A stretch of 64,000 nt of DNA, taken from positions 1,048 through 65,047 of the forward strand of contig JANPEZ010000097.1 in assembly GCA_031423155.1 (NCBI GenBank), read 5' to 3'. Position 1 is the first letter of the stretch, and every line of letters starts with the position of its first letter. Shown piece after piece: positions 8,639-17,775 of the stretch. Source of the DNA: Actinomycetes bacterium (GTDB lineage: Bacteria; Actinomycetota; UBA4738; HRBIN12). Under the pieces are notes generated by a model. It ran no database searches. It saw only the letters and a list, made by a program, of their open reading frames with translations, and was not told the DNA's origin. The translations under genes were made by a program, and so were the position numbers.

Positions 8639-10338
8639 GGCGTTCCCCCCGCGTGGCCGCTGCGCTGCTGGCAGTGGCCGGGTTGATCTCGGTCGCCTGT
8701 ACGTCATCCTCGACCGGGTCGAGCACCCCAAGTGGTTCCCCCTCCGAGGCTACTTCGGAGCCGACCGCCGCGCCGACGAAAGTGACCACCGGCGCGCTGG
8801 CCAAGCAGGTCTGCGCCCAGAACTCCCACGAGGTCCTACTCAGAACCTGGAGAGGCGTGATGCCGGGCCGTTCGGGGAACATCCAACTGATCTCCGAGTT
8901 CCCCGACTACGTCGGAGCGGGTCTTACTCACTCCTCTCCCTATGATTACACGCAGGACGTGCCGTTCTTCTTCTACGGCCCCGGCTACATCCGCCCGGGC
9001 GTGTATCCGCAGCCGGTTACGTTGGCCGACCTGGCGCCGACGACCGGAGCGCTGCTCGATTTCCCGTTCGATGCGCCGGACGGAGAGGCGCAGACCCAGG
9101 CCCTCCTGCCTGCCCGGCCATTGCCGCGGCTCGTCGTGACGATCGTGTGGGACTCGGGAGGTATGGACGTTCTCGAGCGTTGGCCCGACTCATATCCCTA
9201 TCTCGAGTCCATCAAGGGTGACGGCGCCTGGTTCACGCACGCGTCCGTCGGATCGTCTCCGTCGAACACTCCGACGGGGCACGCGACGATGGGAACGGGA
9301 GCCTTCCCTCTGCACAGCGGGATGGTCGATGAGTACATCTTGCTCAACGGCAGGATCCAGAAGCCGAACGCGGAGGGACCGGCCTTCATGGTTACGCCGA
9401 CGCTGGCTGACCTGTACGACCGAGCGATGGGCAACCGGCCGCTCGTCGGCGCTCTGGCGAGCCTGTCGGCGCACATCATGATGATGAGTCATGGTTCGCA
9501 GTTCAACGGAGGCGATCAGGACATCGCGGTCACCCGCGAGAAGGAGTTCGCTTCGACCGGGGGAGATGACTCGGCGATCTCCTGGAACCTCACCTCCGAT
9601 ATGGCCCCCTTCTATGGCCTGCCGTCCTACGTCAACGATCTTCCGTCGATAGAGGGCTTCAACGCCGAACTCGACCGGTTGGACGGCGCCCTGGATGGCA
9701 ACTGGCGTGACAACAGCATCGCCCAGCTCCACAACGGGTTCGACACGCCCGCGCGTACCCCGTATCAGACCCAGCTCTTCGAAGAGGTCATCAGCCGTGA
9801 GGGCTTCGGATCCGACGACATACCCGACATCCTCTATCTCAACTACAAGGCGATCGATGTGATCGGTCACCAGTTCAGTGCGGACGGCATCGAGATGTCG
9901 GACGCCCTGAAGGTCCAGGACGAGAACCTGGAGACGTTCGTCGAGTTCCTCGACACGACCGTGGGTGCGGGAAAGTGGGTGATCGCGATCACGGCTGATC
10001 ACGGGACCAACCGCGATCCGCTGGAGTCGGGCGCGTTCCAGATAGACACCGCCGGTCTCGAGGAGCAGCTCGTTCAGCATTTCGATGACGGCGACGACGT
10101 ACCCGTGATAGTCAAGAACCGCACCACCGAGCTTTGGCTGAACGAGTCCGAGCTCGCTCAGAACGGCTACACGCTCGAGGACGTCTCGAAGTTCATCATG
10201 GGTTTGACCCAGACGCAGACCGTGAAGAGCGGCCGCACGCCGCAGCCCGGGCATGAGGATGACACCGTTTTCTCAGGCGCTTTCCCTTCGACTATGCTCT
10301 CTCAGCTTCCGTGCCTGCCTGAGGCCCGGCGGGGTTAG
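8635..10338 (+). CDS. Lipoprotein-like NPP-family paralog 4 with S/T/P-rich linker
   Basis: ATGA overlap with paralog 3. Signal peptide ending VAC followed by a Ser/Thr/Pro-rich linker. Motifs IVWDSGGM, SSPSNTPTGHATMGTGAFPLHSGMV, DVIGHQFS, ITADHGTN. Confidence 0.8.
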   Translation: MRRSPRVAAALLAVAGLISVACTSSSTGSSTPSGSPSEATSEPTAAPTKVTTGALAKQVCAQNSHEVLLRTWRGVMPGRSGNIQLISEFPDYVGAGLTHSSPYDYTQDVPFFFYGPGYIRPGVYPQPVTLADLAPTTGALLDFPFDAPDGEAQTQALLPARPLPRLVVTIVWDSGGMDVLERWPDSYPYLESIKGDGAWFTHASVGSSPSNTPTGHATMGTGAFPLHSGMVDEYILLNGRIQKPNAEGPAFMVTPTLADLYDRAMGNRPLVGALASLSAHIMMMSHGSQFNGGDQDIAVTREKEFASTGGDDSAISWNLTSDMAPFYGLPSYVNDLPSIEGFNAELDRLDGALDGNWRDNSIAQLHNGFDTPARTPYQTQLFEEVISREGFGSDDIPDILYLNYKAIDVIGHQFSADGIEMSDALKVQDENLETFVEFLDTTVGAGKWVIAITADHGTNRDPLESGAFQIDTAGLEEQLVQHFDDGDDVPVIVKNRTTELWLNESELAQNGYTLEDVSKFIMGLTQTQTVKSGRTPQPGHEDDTVFSGAFPSTMLSQLPCLPEARRG

Positions 10339-10368
10339 CGGAAGATCATCCGAGGAGAGCGGCAGAGT

Positions 10369-13300
10369 ATGAGCGTGGGAGAAGACACCCGAGGCGGGTC
10401 CGCAGGCGGCCTTCTGGCTAAGCCTGTCGTGCTGCTGGCGGCTATCGGCGTCTTGTTGCTCGCCTTCGGTTGGACCTTCCTCATGGACCCGTCGGTGAGC
10501 GCACCGACGCGTGATCCCGCCTGGTACACGTGGCGCTCGGCGATCATGACCCAGGGCGACCCTGGATCGATCGTCGGCGACTGGGGTCCGTTCGCGATGT
10601 TCGGTGGCGGCTATCGCGTCTCGGTTCCCATGTACGGCTCGATCCTGCAACGGGTTGCGGGGGTCGACCTCTATACCTTCAGCGCCTTCATGATGATCGG
10701 CGTCCCCGTCCTGACCGGTCTGGCGATCGGCGCGTTCGCTTACAGGCGCAGGCGCGACCCGCTCCTGTTCTTGCTCGTGATGCTCTCGACCGCTGCTCTG
10801 TTCATGACGACTCCTTACGTCGGCTACTTGGACAACATCACGGTCCTGTTCCTGATGGCGCTTCTCCTGGCTTTCTTGGAACCCGCACGCGAATCGTGGG
10901 GTGCTCGCTCAGCCGTGTTCCTCATAGGGGTGGCGGCCGCATTCACTCATCCGACGACGTGTGTGATCTTCGGGATGTCGCTCATGGCGGTCTTCGGCTG
11001 GCACTTCCTGACTTCGAGGTTCTCACTCGGGTCGGCGCTGAAGTCGGATGGGCCGGGTCTGTTGAGCGCCGGGTTCGGGATGATCTTCGGACTTGCGTTG
11101 TGGTTGGTCGGGCCGTGGGGGGTCGCGGGATCGCTGGCTGACGCGGCACTTCCTCCTCCGTATACGCAGGCGGTCTTCCAGGACAGGTTGGGGCAATGGG
11201 TTCAGTCGTTGCAGCCGCTGATCACGTTTCCCCTGATCGGGCTCGCGATCGTCTGGACCGTCTGGGATTCCCGCAAGCGGAGACAGCCGGCGGACACGTT
11301 CTCGATCACGTCGATCTGGCTGATGCTTCCCTTGCTTGGAACGCTCGGATTCCTCGCGGGCAAGGCCTATCCGTACTACCGCTTCATGAACGCCACGACC
11401 GCGCTGTTCCCGCTGCTCGGACTCGGCGCCTGGGTGGCCATCCGCTGGATGACGTCTCGCACGGGCGCTCGCAAGGTCGTCGGGATGATCGCAACGGTGG
11501 CGTTGATCGGCTCGTTCGGCTACGTCTGGGTCAAGGGTCGCGACGCGTCCCAGTTCGCGAACGAGAACAACCAGTGGATCGATCAGCCGACGCGAACCGC
11601 GCTCGCAGGGGCCCGGGCCATCATCGAGTCCGAGCCCGGCCACCCGATCGTCTTCGTCCTCAACTTCGGCGATACGTACCAGGCGTACGGCTGGGCGAAA
11701 ACGTTCACGAACGTCTCTCGTACCGGGGTGCCCGGCGACCGGGTCGAGATGGACTTCTCTTACTTCGGAGACGTCAAGACGTTCACCGAGTTGGCGGCCG
11801 CGGGCTTTCCGGCAGATGACCATCCGACCCTGCTGACCGACCCGACCTACAACAAGATGACCCTGGGTTTCTACGGAGAGATCCAGCGCATGACTCGCGA
11901 CTTCCCCGAGCTACCGGTCGCATTCTTGATCCGCCAGTTCAACGGCAACACCGAGAACACGGCGCTCCTGGACCAAGATCCGGCGCCGGCCAACCTCCTG
12001 AAGATCAGCGACGACATCGCCGTGGTGACCGGTGAAGGTCTTGTCACGCCGTCCCCGGAGGCCTTGGCCGCCGCGAAAACGGCGGAAGAAGCCACGGCGA
12101 ACCTGTACGCCAACCACCCCGGTCCTCTGGGGAACCCCGTCCACAACCTGCTCGTGATCTTGGCGCTGGTGCTCTTGCTGGTCGTGCCGGGACTGATAGC
12201 CGCACCCTGGTTCGACCTAGACGACCCTTGGCTCAAGATCGCGCTGATCCCGGGGATATCGACGGTCCTGGTGATCTTGTCCGGGATCTTCGTCGTCTCG
12301 GTCACGCGCACATCGTTCGGCGTCGCGCAGGGGTGGGCTTCGGCACTGTTGGCCGTCGGCGTTGCGGGGGGCCTGCGCGTCGGGTCCAAGGGCTTGACCC
12401 GGGTTCTGGACGGGTTCTCCGGGTTCTTCAACAACATGTTCTCGGTCTTCTCCAACCCGGACTACTCGGTGCTGGTGGGCGTTCAGTTCCTCGCCCAGGC
12501 CGGTCAGGGTGTGGTTCAAGGTGCCATCGGCAAGTCGATCGCGTTCGGAGGAGAGAAGGGCTTCGACGTCTCGACGGTCCCCTCGGCCGACTACCTGCTC
12601 AAGGTGGTCCTGGCGCTCTACGTTCCGTACACGCTGATCTCCCCGTTCATCGGCGTGTTCATCGATCGGTTCCATCGGCGCAAGGTGGTCGGCCTGGCCA
12701 ACCTGGTAACCGCCGTGATAGTGACGGCGGTGGCGGTCGGCTTCATCCTTCCGCTGGGCAAGGAGACCTCGGAGGGGAACGTAGCTGCCACCGTGGCGCT
12801 GATCCTGGCCCTGCTGGCGGCGCAGGCTTGCGTTAGGGTCGCCCTCGCCGTGAAGTCGGCAGCGATACCCGATGTGCTCTCGGGCAAAGACCTGCTGCAG
12901 GGCAACGGTTTGTCTCAGGCCGGAGGTGCGTTGTTCCAGATCGTCGGCATCGCCTTCGCTCTCGGGTCCGGCGCCGTCCTGCCGGCGTGGCTCGTCGTCG
13001 TCGCGGGCGCCGGAGTTCTGGTGGTGGCCTCGTTCGTGGCGCGACGCCTGCAGCACGCTGAATCCACGCCGCACGAGACGAGCTTCATGCGTGAGGCCTC
13101 TCAGGTGGTCAAGACGATCAGGGCGGGGATCAAGGAGGTCGCCAGCCGCAAGCCCGCTGCGCTCGGGTTGTTCTCCTTCCAGATGCTGCGTTATCAGTTC
13201 TGGGGGTTCGGGCTGTTCACGTTCGCCCTGTACGCGAAGAACCTGGTCGAGGGCGGCGATGCGAGCAGCACGGCCCTGGCCATCTCCGGAGGAGGAGGGT

Positions 13301-13743
13301 TCGCCGGGGGAGCGTTGGGCTTGGTCCTTGCCCAGAAGTGGAAGGATCGGATCGCACCCATCCGGCTGCTGCTGGCGTCCATGGCGCTGCTAGGTGGCGG
13401 AACGCTCGTCTTCGGTGCTCCCGTCTCCCTCGCGGGCTTCACCGCGATGCTATTCCTGGGGTTCTTCTCGTTCTTCCTCGGGAAGATATCCGCCGACACG
13501 ATCATGCAGCAGTCGATGCCCGATGATTTCCGCGGCAGGGCGTTCGCCCTTTTCGATATCGCCTACAACCTGGGATTCATCATCCCCGCCCTGATCCTGT
13601 CCTTCATCTGGGTGGAGGGGAGCGCGAGCCGCACCCGGCTGGTGCTGATGGTTTCCGGTGCCGTCTTCCTGGGACTCACGGCTCTCGTGGGAGCCTGGGC
13701 GCGGCGTATCCGCGATCAGTTCGCGCCCCTCGGCGTCTCCTAG
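10369..13743 (+). CDS. Large polytopic membrane protein (1124 aa): N-terminal multi-TM domain with an extracytoplasmic loop of about 230 aa, fused to a C-terminal MFS-like transporter domain
   Basis: Start preceded by GAGGAG. More than 20 predicted TM segments. The C-terminal third has the MFS signature loop FIDRFHRRKV and 12-TM-like organisation. The N-terminal part resembles GT-C-type or other multi-TM enzymes, but no family was recognised. Confidence 0.75.
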   Translation: MSVGEDTRGGSAGGLLAKPVVLLAAIGVLLLAFGWTFLMDPSVSAPTRDPAWYTWRSAIMTQGDPGSIVGDWGPFAMFGGGYRVSVPMYGSILQRVAGVDLYTFSAFMMIGVPVLTGLAIGAFAYRRRRDPLLFLLVMLSTAALFMTTPYVGYLDNITVLFLMALLLAFLEPARESWGARSAVFLIGVAAAFTHPTTCVIFGMSLMAVFGWHFLTSRFSLGSALKSDGPGLLSAGFGMIFGLALWLVGPWGVAGSLADAALPPPYTQAVFQDRLGQWVQSLQPLITFPLIGLAIVWTVWDSRKRRQPADTFSITSIWLMLPLLGTLGFLAGKAYPYYRFMNATTALFPLLGLGAWVAIRWMTSRTGARKVVGMIATVALIGSFGYVWVKGRDASQFANENNQWIDQPTRTALAGARAIIESEPGHPIVFVLNFGDTYQAYGWAKTFTNVSRTGVPGDRVEMDFSYFGDVKTFTELAAAGFPADDHPTLLTDPTYNKMTLGFYGEIQRMTRDFPELPVAFLIRQFNGNTENTALLDQDPAPANLLKISDDIAVVTGEGLVTPSPEALAAAKTAEEATANLYANHPGPLGNPVHNLLVILALVLLLVVPGLIAAPWFDLDDPWLKIALIPGISTVLVILSGIFVVSVTRTSFGVAQGWASALLAVGVAGGLRVGSKGLTRVLDGFSGFFNNMFSVFSNPDYSVLVGVQFLAQAGQGVVQGAIGKSIAFGGEKGFDVSTVPSADYLLKVVLALYVPYTLISPFIGVFIDRFHRRKVVGLANLVTAVIVTAVAVGFILPLGKETSEGNVAATVALILALLAAQACVRVALAVKSAAIPDVLSGKDLLQGNGLSQAGGALFQIVGIAFALGSGAVLPAWLVVVAGAGVLVVASFVARRLQHAESTPHETSFMREASQVVKTIRAGIKEVASRKPAALGLFSFQMLRYQFWGFGLFTFALYAKNLVEGGDASSTALAISGGGGFAGGALGLVLAQKWKDRIAPIRLLLASMALLGGGTLVFGAPVSLAGFTAMLFLGFFSFFLGKISADTIMQQSMPDDFRGRAFALFDIAYNLGFIIPALILSFIWVEGSASRTRLVLMVSGAVFLGLTALVGAWARRIRDQFAPLGVS

Positions 13744-14030
13744 ATACCCGAGGGCCTGTCGATACGGGTCTCGAATTCGGGGAAGAAGTCCTTTATCTGG
13801 CTGATGTCGAAGGTGGGCAGGATCTGATCCGCCGGCTCCCTCTCCAGCAGGAACTCGAAACAGGCGTGGACGAACTCCTCGGGCGAGCGGTAGTTGCCGC
13901 CGAGCCTTTCGAAATCTGCTCCCGACATCATGACGACGTGGCTGGTGGTGCCGGCCTCGTCGATCAAGCGAACGAGGAAACGGGACATGAACTGCTCTAC
14001 GTCTGCTCGGCTGACCTCGATCTCGGGCAC
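13740..14030 (-). CDS. Small hypothetical protein (about 96 aa)
   Basis: GTG 14030 preceded by AGGAGG with a 9-nt spacer. Non-repetitive sequence (...HVVMMSGADFERL...FDISQIKDFFPEFETRI). It is the only plausible part of the long low-complexity tracked ORF 13740..15074. Convergent 4-nt overlap with the membrane protein stop. Confidence 0.45.
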   Translation of the reverse strand: MPEIEVSRADVEQFMSRFLVRLIDEAGTTSHVVMMSGADFERLGGNYRSPEEFVHACFEFLLEREPADQILPTFDISQIKDFFPEFETRIDRPSGI

Positions 14031-14093
14031 CTGAGATAACCTCCTGCTCTGCTCTGGTCGCCGCAAGCCTACGCGCAGTCCGAGCCCGAAGGA

Positions 14094-15023
14094 GTGAAGC
14101 AAGTGGCCGAAGTCTCCCCCCGTCGTGCCCGCACCCCGCGCCAGGAACTGCTGGGTTCGGCGATGACGGTGGCGATGGCAGTGCAGTTCTCCTTCGTCGT
14201 CGTTCTGGGCAAGGAAGCCCTGCAAGGAAAGCTGCCCTTCGTCGTGCTTTCGATGCGCTTCCTCGGGACGGCTGTGATCCTCCTGGGTCTGTTGGTGATC
14301 CTGGGCAAGCCCTTGATGCCCGAGCGAGGCGAGCGCCTCGGCCTGATCATCGCGGGAACCGCCGGTTACGGGACCGAATCGGCGTTCTACTTCGCGGCGC
14401 TGAACCATGGGAACGCGGCCGCCGTGACGCTGCTCTTCTACACGTACCCGGCCATCGTGATGCTTGCGACCATCGCCCTTGAGCGCAGGTCGCCGCCCCG
14501 CGCGCTCTGGTTCGCGCTCGCGTTCGCGATCTGCGGAAGCGTCGTCGTGGTTGTGGGAGGAGCCGGAGTCGAGATCGCCGCGATCGGGATAGTCCTGGCC
14601 CTTTCGTGCGCGACCGCCTACAGCTGCTACCTGATCGGCGCCGACCGGGTCCTTAAGGTGACGAACCCCATGACATCGGCGTTCTGGCTGGCGTCGGGCG
14701 CGGCGGTGGCCAACGCGGCATTCGCAGTCGCCTTCAGGTCCACGACCGTTCCACAGGACTTCGATCGTCTCTGGAGGATCGGGCTGATGAGCGTCTTCAC
14801 GGCTGGAGCGTTCATCGCCATGTTGGCGGGATTGCAGAGGATCGGGGCCGTGCGGAGCGGGATCATCGGTGTCCTCGAGCCCCTGGCCGTAGCCGTGCTT
14901 GGCGTCTACTTCCTGAGCGAGGCCATCAGCGTCTCGACCGGAGTGGGGGGAGTGCTGATCCTGGGTGGCGCGGTCATCGCCTCGCTGGTTCGCACTACCC
15001 GCGTGGCCGAGCCCAACGTCTGA
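14094..15023 (+). CDS. EamA/DMT-family transporter
   Basis: 10-TM hydrophobic profile with EamA-like repeats. True start may be an internal ATG near 14163. Confidence 0.8.
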   Translation: MKQVAEVSPRRARTPRQELLGSAMTVAMAVQFSFVVVLGKEALQGKLPFVVLSMRFLGTAVILLGLLVILGKPLMPERGERLGLIIAGTAGYGTESAFYFAALNHGNAAAVTLLFYTYPAIVMLATIALERRSPPRALWFALAFAICGSVVVVVGGAGVEIAAIGIVLALSCATAYSCYLIGADRVLKVTNPMTSAFWLASGAAVANAAFAVAFRSTTVPQDFDRLWRIGLMSVFTAGAFIAMLAGLQRIGAVRSGIIGVLEPLAVAVLGVYFLSEAISVSTGVGGVLILGGAVIASLVRTTRVAEPNV

Positions 15024-15108
15024 CGGGCGGTGCGCGAGATCCTGATGGAACGGTGCAGTGGAACCCCCGAACACCCGGACTCGACGATCCTGCGATAGCG
15101 TTCGTCCC

Positions 15109-15819
15109 GTGACCGAGGAACTCTGCGCACAGGACGCCTATCTCCGCACCTGTGAGGCGGTCGTTACCGGCGTCACCGACGACGGTGTGATCTTGGATCG
15201 GACGGTCTTCTACGCGCGCGGCGGAGGCCAGCCCGGCGACACGGGGACCTTATCCTGGGACGGCGGTAGCTGCCTCGTCACCGACACCGTCAAGTCCGCC
15301 GATGGGGTGCTGCACGTGGTCGAGGCGGGTACGGAGCCCGCTGTCGGAACGTCCGTAACCGCGGCGATCGACTGGGAGCGCAGGCACGCACTCATGCGCA
15401 CACACACTGCGCTGCACGCCCTCTCGGGCGTGATCTTCTCCGACTATGGCGCCAAGGTCACCGGCGGGAGCATGGAACCGGGAACCGCCCGGATGGACTT
15501 CGAGCTGAACTCCATGTCGCAGGACTTCGGCCGCGAGGTCGAAGCCAAGCTGAACACGCGCCTCGCCGAGAACCGATCGGTGACGGTCTCGTTCCTTCCG
15601 AGGGCCGAGGCCCTGTCCGACCCCGACCTCATCCGCACCAAGGTGAGTCTGATCCCCGAGCATGTGGACCCGATCCGCATAGTCGACATCGAGGGCATCG
15701 ACAAGCAAGCCGACGGTGGAACGCATGTCGCGTCGACCGCCGAGGTCGGTCATGTGCGGGTCATCAAGACCGAGTCCAAAGGCAAGGGCTTCAAACGGAT
15801 GAGGATCGAGCTGGGCTAG
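15109..15819 (+). CDS. AlaX-type alanyl-tRNA editing (misacylated tRNA(Ala) hydrolase) domain protein
   Basis: HxxxH...CGGTH zinc-site motifs (HTALHAL, GGTHV) of the AlaRS editing domain. GTG 15109 chosen as start; an upstream alternative start lies at 15058. Confidence 0.75.
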   Translation: MTEELCAQDAYLRTCEAVVTGVTDDGVILDRTVFYARGGGQPGDTGTLSWDGGSCLVTDTVKSADGVLHVVEAGTEPAVGTSVTAAIDWERRHALMRTHTALHALSGVIFSDYGAKVTGGSMEPGTARMDFELNSMSQDFGREVEAKLNTRLAENRSVTVSFLPRAEALSDPDLIRTKVSLIPEHVDPIRIVDIEGIDKQADGGTHVASTAEVGHVRVIKTESKGKGFKRMRIELG

Positions 15820-17756
15820 CCGCCCAGCAACACCCCGAGCGCCAGGATGATCGCGTAGCCGACCGCCCCACCGGCGACGAGCATGAGCCGAAGTTGCCTG
15901 GGGATCGGAGACCCACCGCGCCAGAAGTAGATGACCGGCCCGGCGAACGGCACCAGTAGCACGACCGCCATCCAGCGCGACCGCCGCGAGATCGACGCGG
16001 CCTCCTGCCTCATCAGGTCCCATATCGCTACCGAGACCCACGCGGAGTAGAGCACGACGGGAAGCAGGTATCCGTAGAGGCCGAGCAGGAGCCCCCACCA
16101 GGATGCGGCGAGCGGTATTCCGAACACGGTTACCTCCTTGGATACGCGCGGCCCGCCGGCCGAGCGGATGTCGTGTGGATCGCGGATACGGTACGTGGGT
16201 GGCACCGACGAATCGGGGATGGCCGGGTGGGGAGGTGCTGCCGCAGCCTCCGGCATCTGAGGTTGATCGGGCGGAGCGGGCTGATCCTGGTAGCTCCCGC
16301 GTGGGAACTCTCCGTCCAGCGCGTCCAGGAACCGTTGCCCCGCACTGAGAGTGGGAGCCATGTCTCCGCCGCCGGAAGGGTTCAGCTTCAGGCCCGAGCA
16401 GGCGTACAGCAGTTCGATCGCGGCCGGACTGCTCGTCGAAGCGTCGTTCCCGGAGAAACAGTCTCCTCCTGCGGAGGGTCCTCCTAGCGCCAGGTCGGCG
16501 ATCCCGCTGCGGGCGACGATGTTGCCGCGTATCTCGTTCCCTCCCGTGAGCCAGAGGCCCCCGTCGACGTTGGGCAGCACGGCGATCCCGTAGAGCTGCT
16601 GATCTTCGACGAGGTTCGCGACGATGACGTTGCTGCGGCCGCCAGTGACGAGGATCCCGATCCCATAGGCGGGGTACCCGAGGGCGTTGGCCGGAGCGGT
16701 CGTCGAGTTGTTGTCGTGGACGTAGTTCCCGGCGATGAGCATGTCCTGCTGGGGAGCCCCTTCTCCTGGATCGAGTGTGTTCGGAACTATGCCCGCAAGG
16801 TTGTTACGCCACTCGCTGTTGACGATCGCCAGGTTTCCTCCGGCGTTCGTCCCGCTGAAGCCGATGGCGTTGTTCTCGGCGAGGACGTCATCGACCACGG
16901 CGTTGCACGGGTTGCAATGACCGACGTAGAAACCCGAATCCGGCGACCCACTCGCGTACGAGTGCTCGAATACCCCGTACTGCGAGTCGAGGGCGTACAC
17001 GCCGTAGTCGCCGTTGTTGTAGGCGGTCACGTAGGAGGCCCGATAACCGAGGACCGACGTCCAGTAGAACCCGTTCACCCGGTAGTTCCGCGCGGTCAAG
17101 TTCTCGATGGAGACACCATCGGCCTCGATCACGTGGATACCGTTCGCGAACTCGAACCCTCCGTCGAGGATCACCGTGTTGCGGTCGGTGCCGCGGATCG
17201 TGACGAACGGGGTCGTAACGGTCACGGCCTCGGGGTATACGCCGGGCGAGATGAGAACCATCCCGCCCGGCTCCGCCTCATCGACCGCCTCCTGGATCGT
17301 CGGGGCGTCCATGGGCACTTCGATGGTGTCCGCGAATCCGGTCGGCACCGGCTCGCGGCCGGGTCCGACGGCGCCGTTGGACTCGGGCATCGGGGCGTCT
17401 CCGACCATCACGATCCCCGCCATACCGGCGCCGGCCGAACCGTGGAACGTGCAGTGGAACGCGTAGACACCGGGCTGGTCGAAGGTCTCGGCGAAGCTAT
17501 CTCCCGGGGCGATCGAGCCCGAGTCGATAGAGCCGTCGTCTGCCGTGACGGTATGAGCATCGTGGCCGTCGTTGGTGAAGGTGACCTCAGTACCCGGCTC
17601 GACCCGCAGGAAGTCGGGTTGGTAGATGTTGTCGATCATCGAGACCGACTCGGAGTACTCGGCCGCGCGGGCGCTCAGCGGTCCCAGCACGAGTACGAAC
17701 AACAGTCCGAGCGGCAGCAGAACTACGCGGCGAGACATCGGCGGGCAACGTAACAC
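15816..17756 (-). CDS. Secreted, membrane-anchored cupredoxin (type-1 Cu site) / right-handed parallel beta-helix (NosD-like) protein with a Pro-rich linker and a C-terminal PLDc_N-like 2-3 TM anchor
   Basis: Signal peptide. Cupredoxin ligands H...CTFHGSAGAGM. Long beta-helix repeat region rich in N/G/V. The C-terminus has hydrophobic helices with a WVSVAIWDL motif. Confidence 0.8.
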   Translation of the reverse strand: MLRCPPMSRRVVLLPLGLLFVLVLGPLSARAAEYSESVSMIDNIYQPDFLRVEPGTEVTFTNDGHDAHTVTADDGSIDSGSIAPGDSFAETFDQPGVYAFHCTFHGSAGAGMAGIVMVGDAPMPESNGAVGPGREPVPTGFADTIEVPMDAPTIQEAVDEAEPGGMVLISPGVYPEAVTVTTPFVTIRGTDRNTVILDGGFEFANGIHVIEADGVSIENLTARNYRVNGFYWTSVLGYRASYVTAYNNGDYGVYALDSQYGVFEHSYASGSPDSGFYVGHCNPCNAVVDDVLAENNAIGFSGTNAGGNLAIVNSEWRNNLAGIVPNTLDPGEGAPQQDMLIAGNYVHDNNSTTAPANALGYPAYGIGILVTGGRSNVIVANLVEDQQLYGIAVLPNVDGGLWLTGGNEIRGNIVARSGIADLALGGPSAGGDCFSGNDASTSSPAAIELLYACSGLKLNPSGGGDMAPTLSAGQRFLDALDGEFPRGSYQDQPAPPDQPQMPEAAAAPPHPAIPDSSVPPTYRIRDPHDIRSAGGPRVSKEVTVFGIPLAASWWGLLLGLYGYLLPVVLYSAWVSVAIWDLMRQEAASISRRSRWMAVVLLVPFAGPVIYFWRGGSPIPRQLRLMLVAGGAVGYAIILALGVLLGG

Positions 17757-17775
17757 CGACGGGCCTCCACGGGCT

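Noticed and set aside
13740-15074. 444-aa minus-strand ORF
   Set aside because: Extremely R/D/G/H-rich and low complexity, and antisense to the EamA transporter gene. Only the last about 96 codons (13740..14030, with their own RBS) look like real protein.
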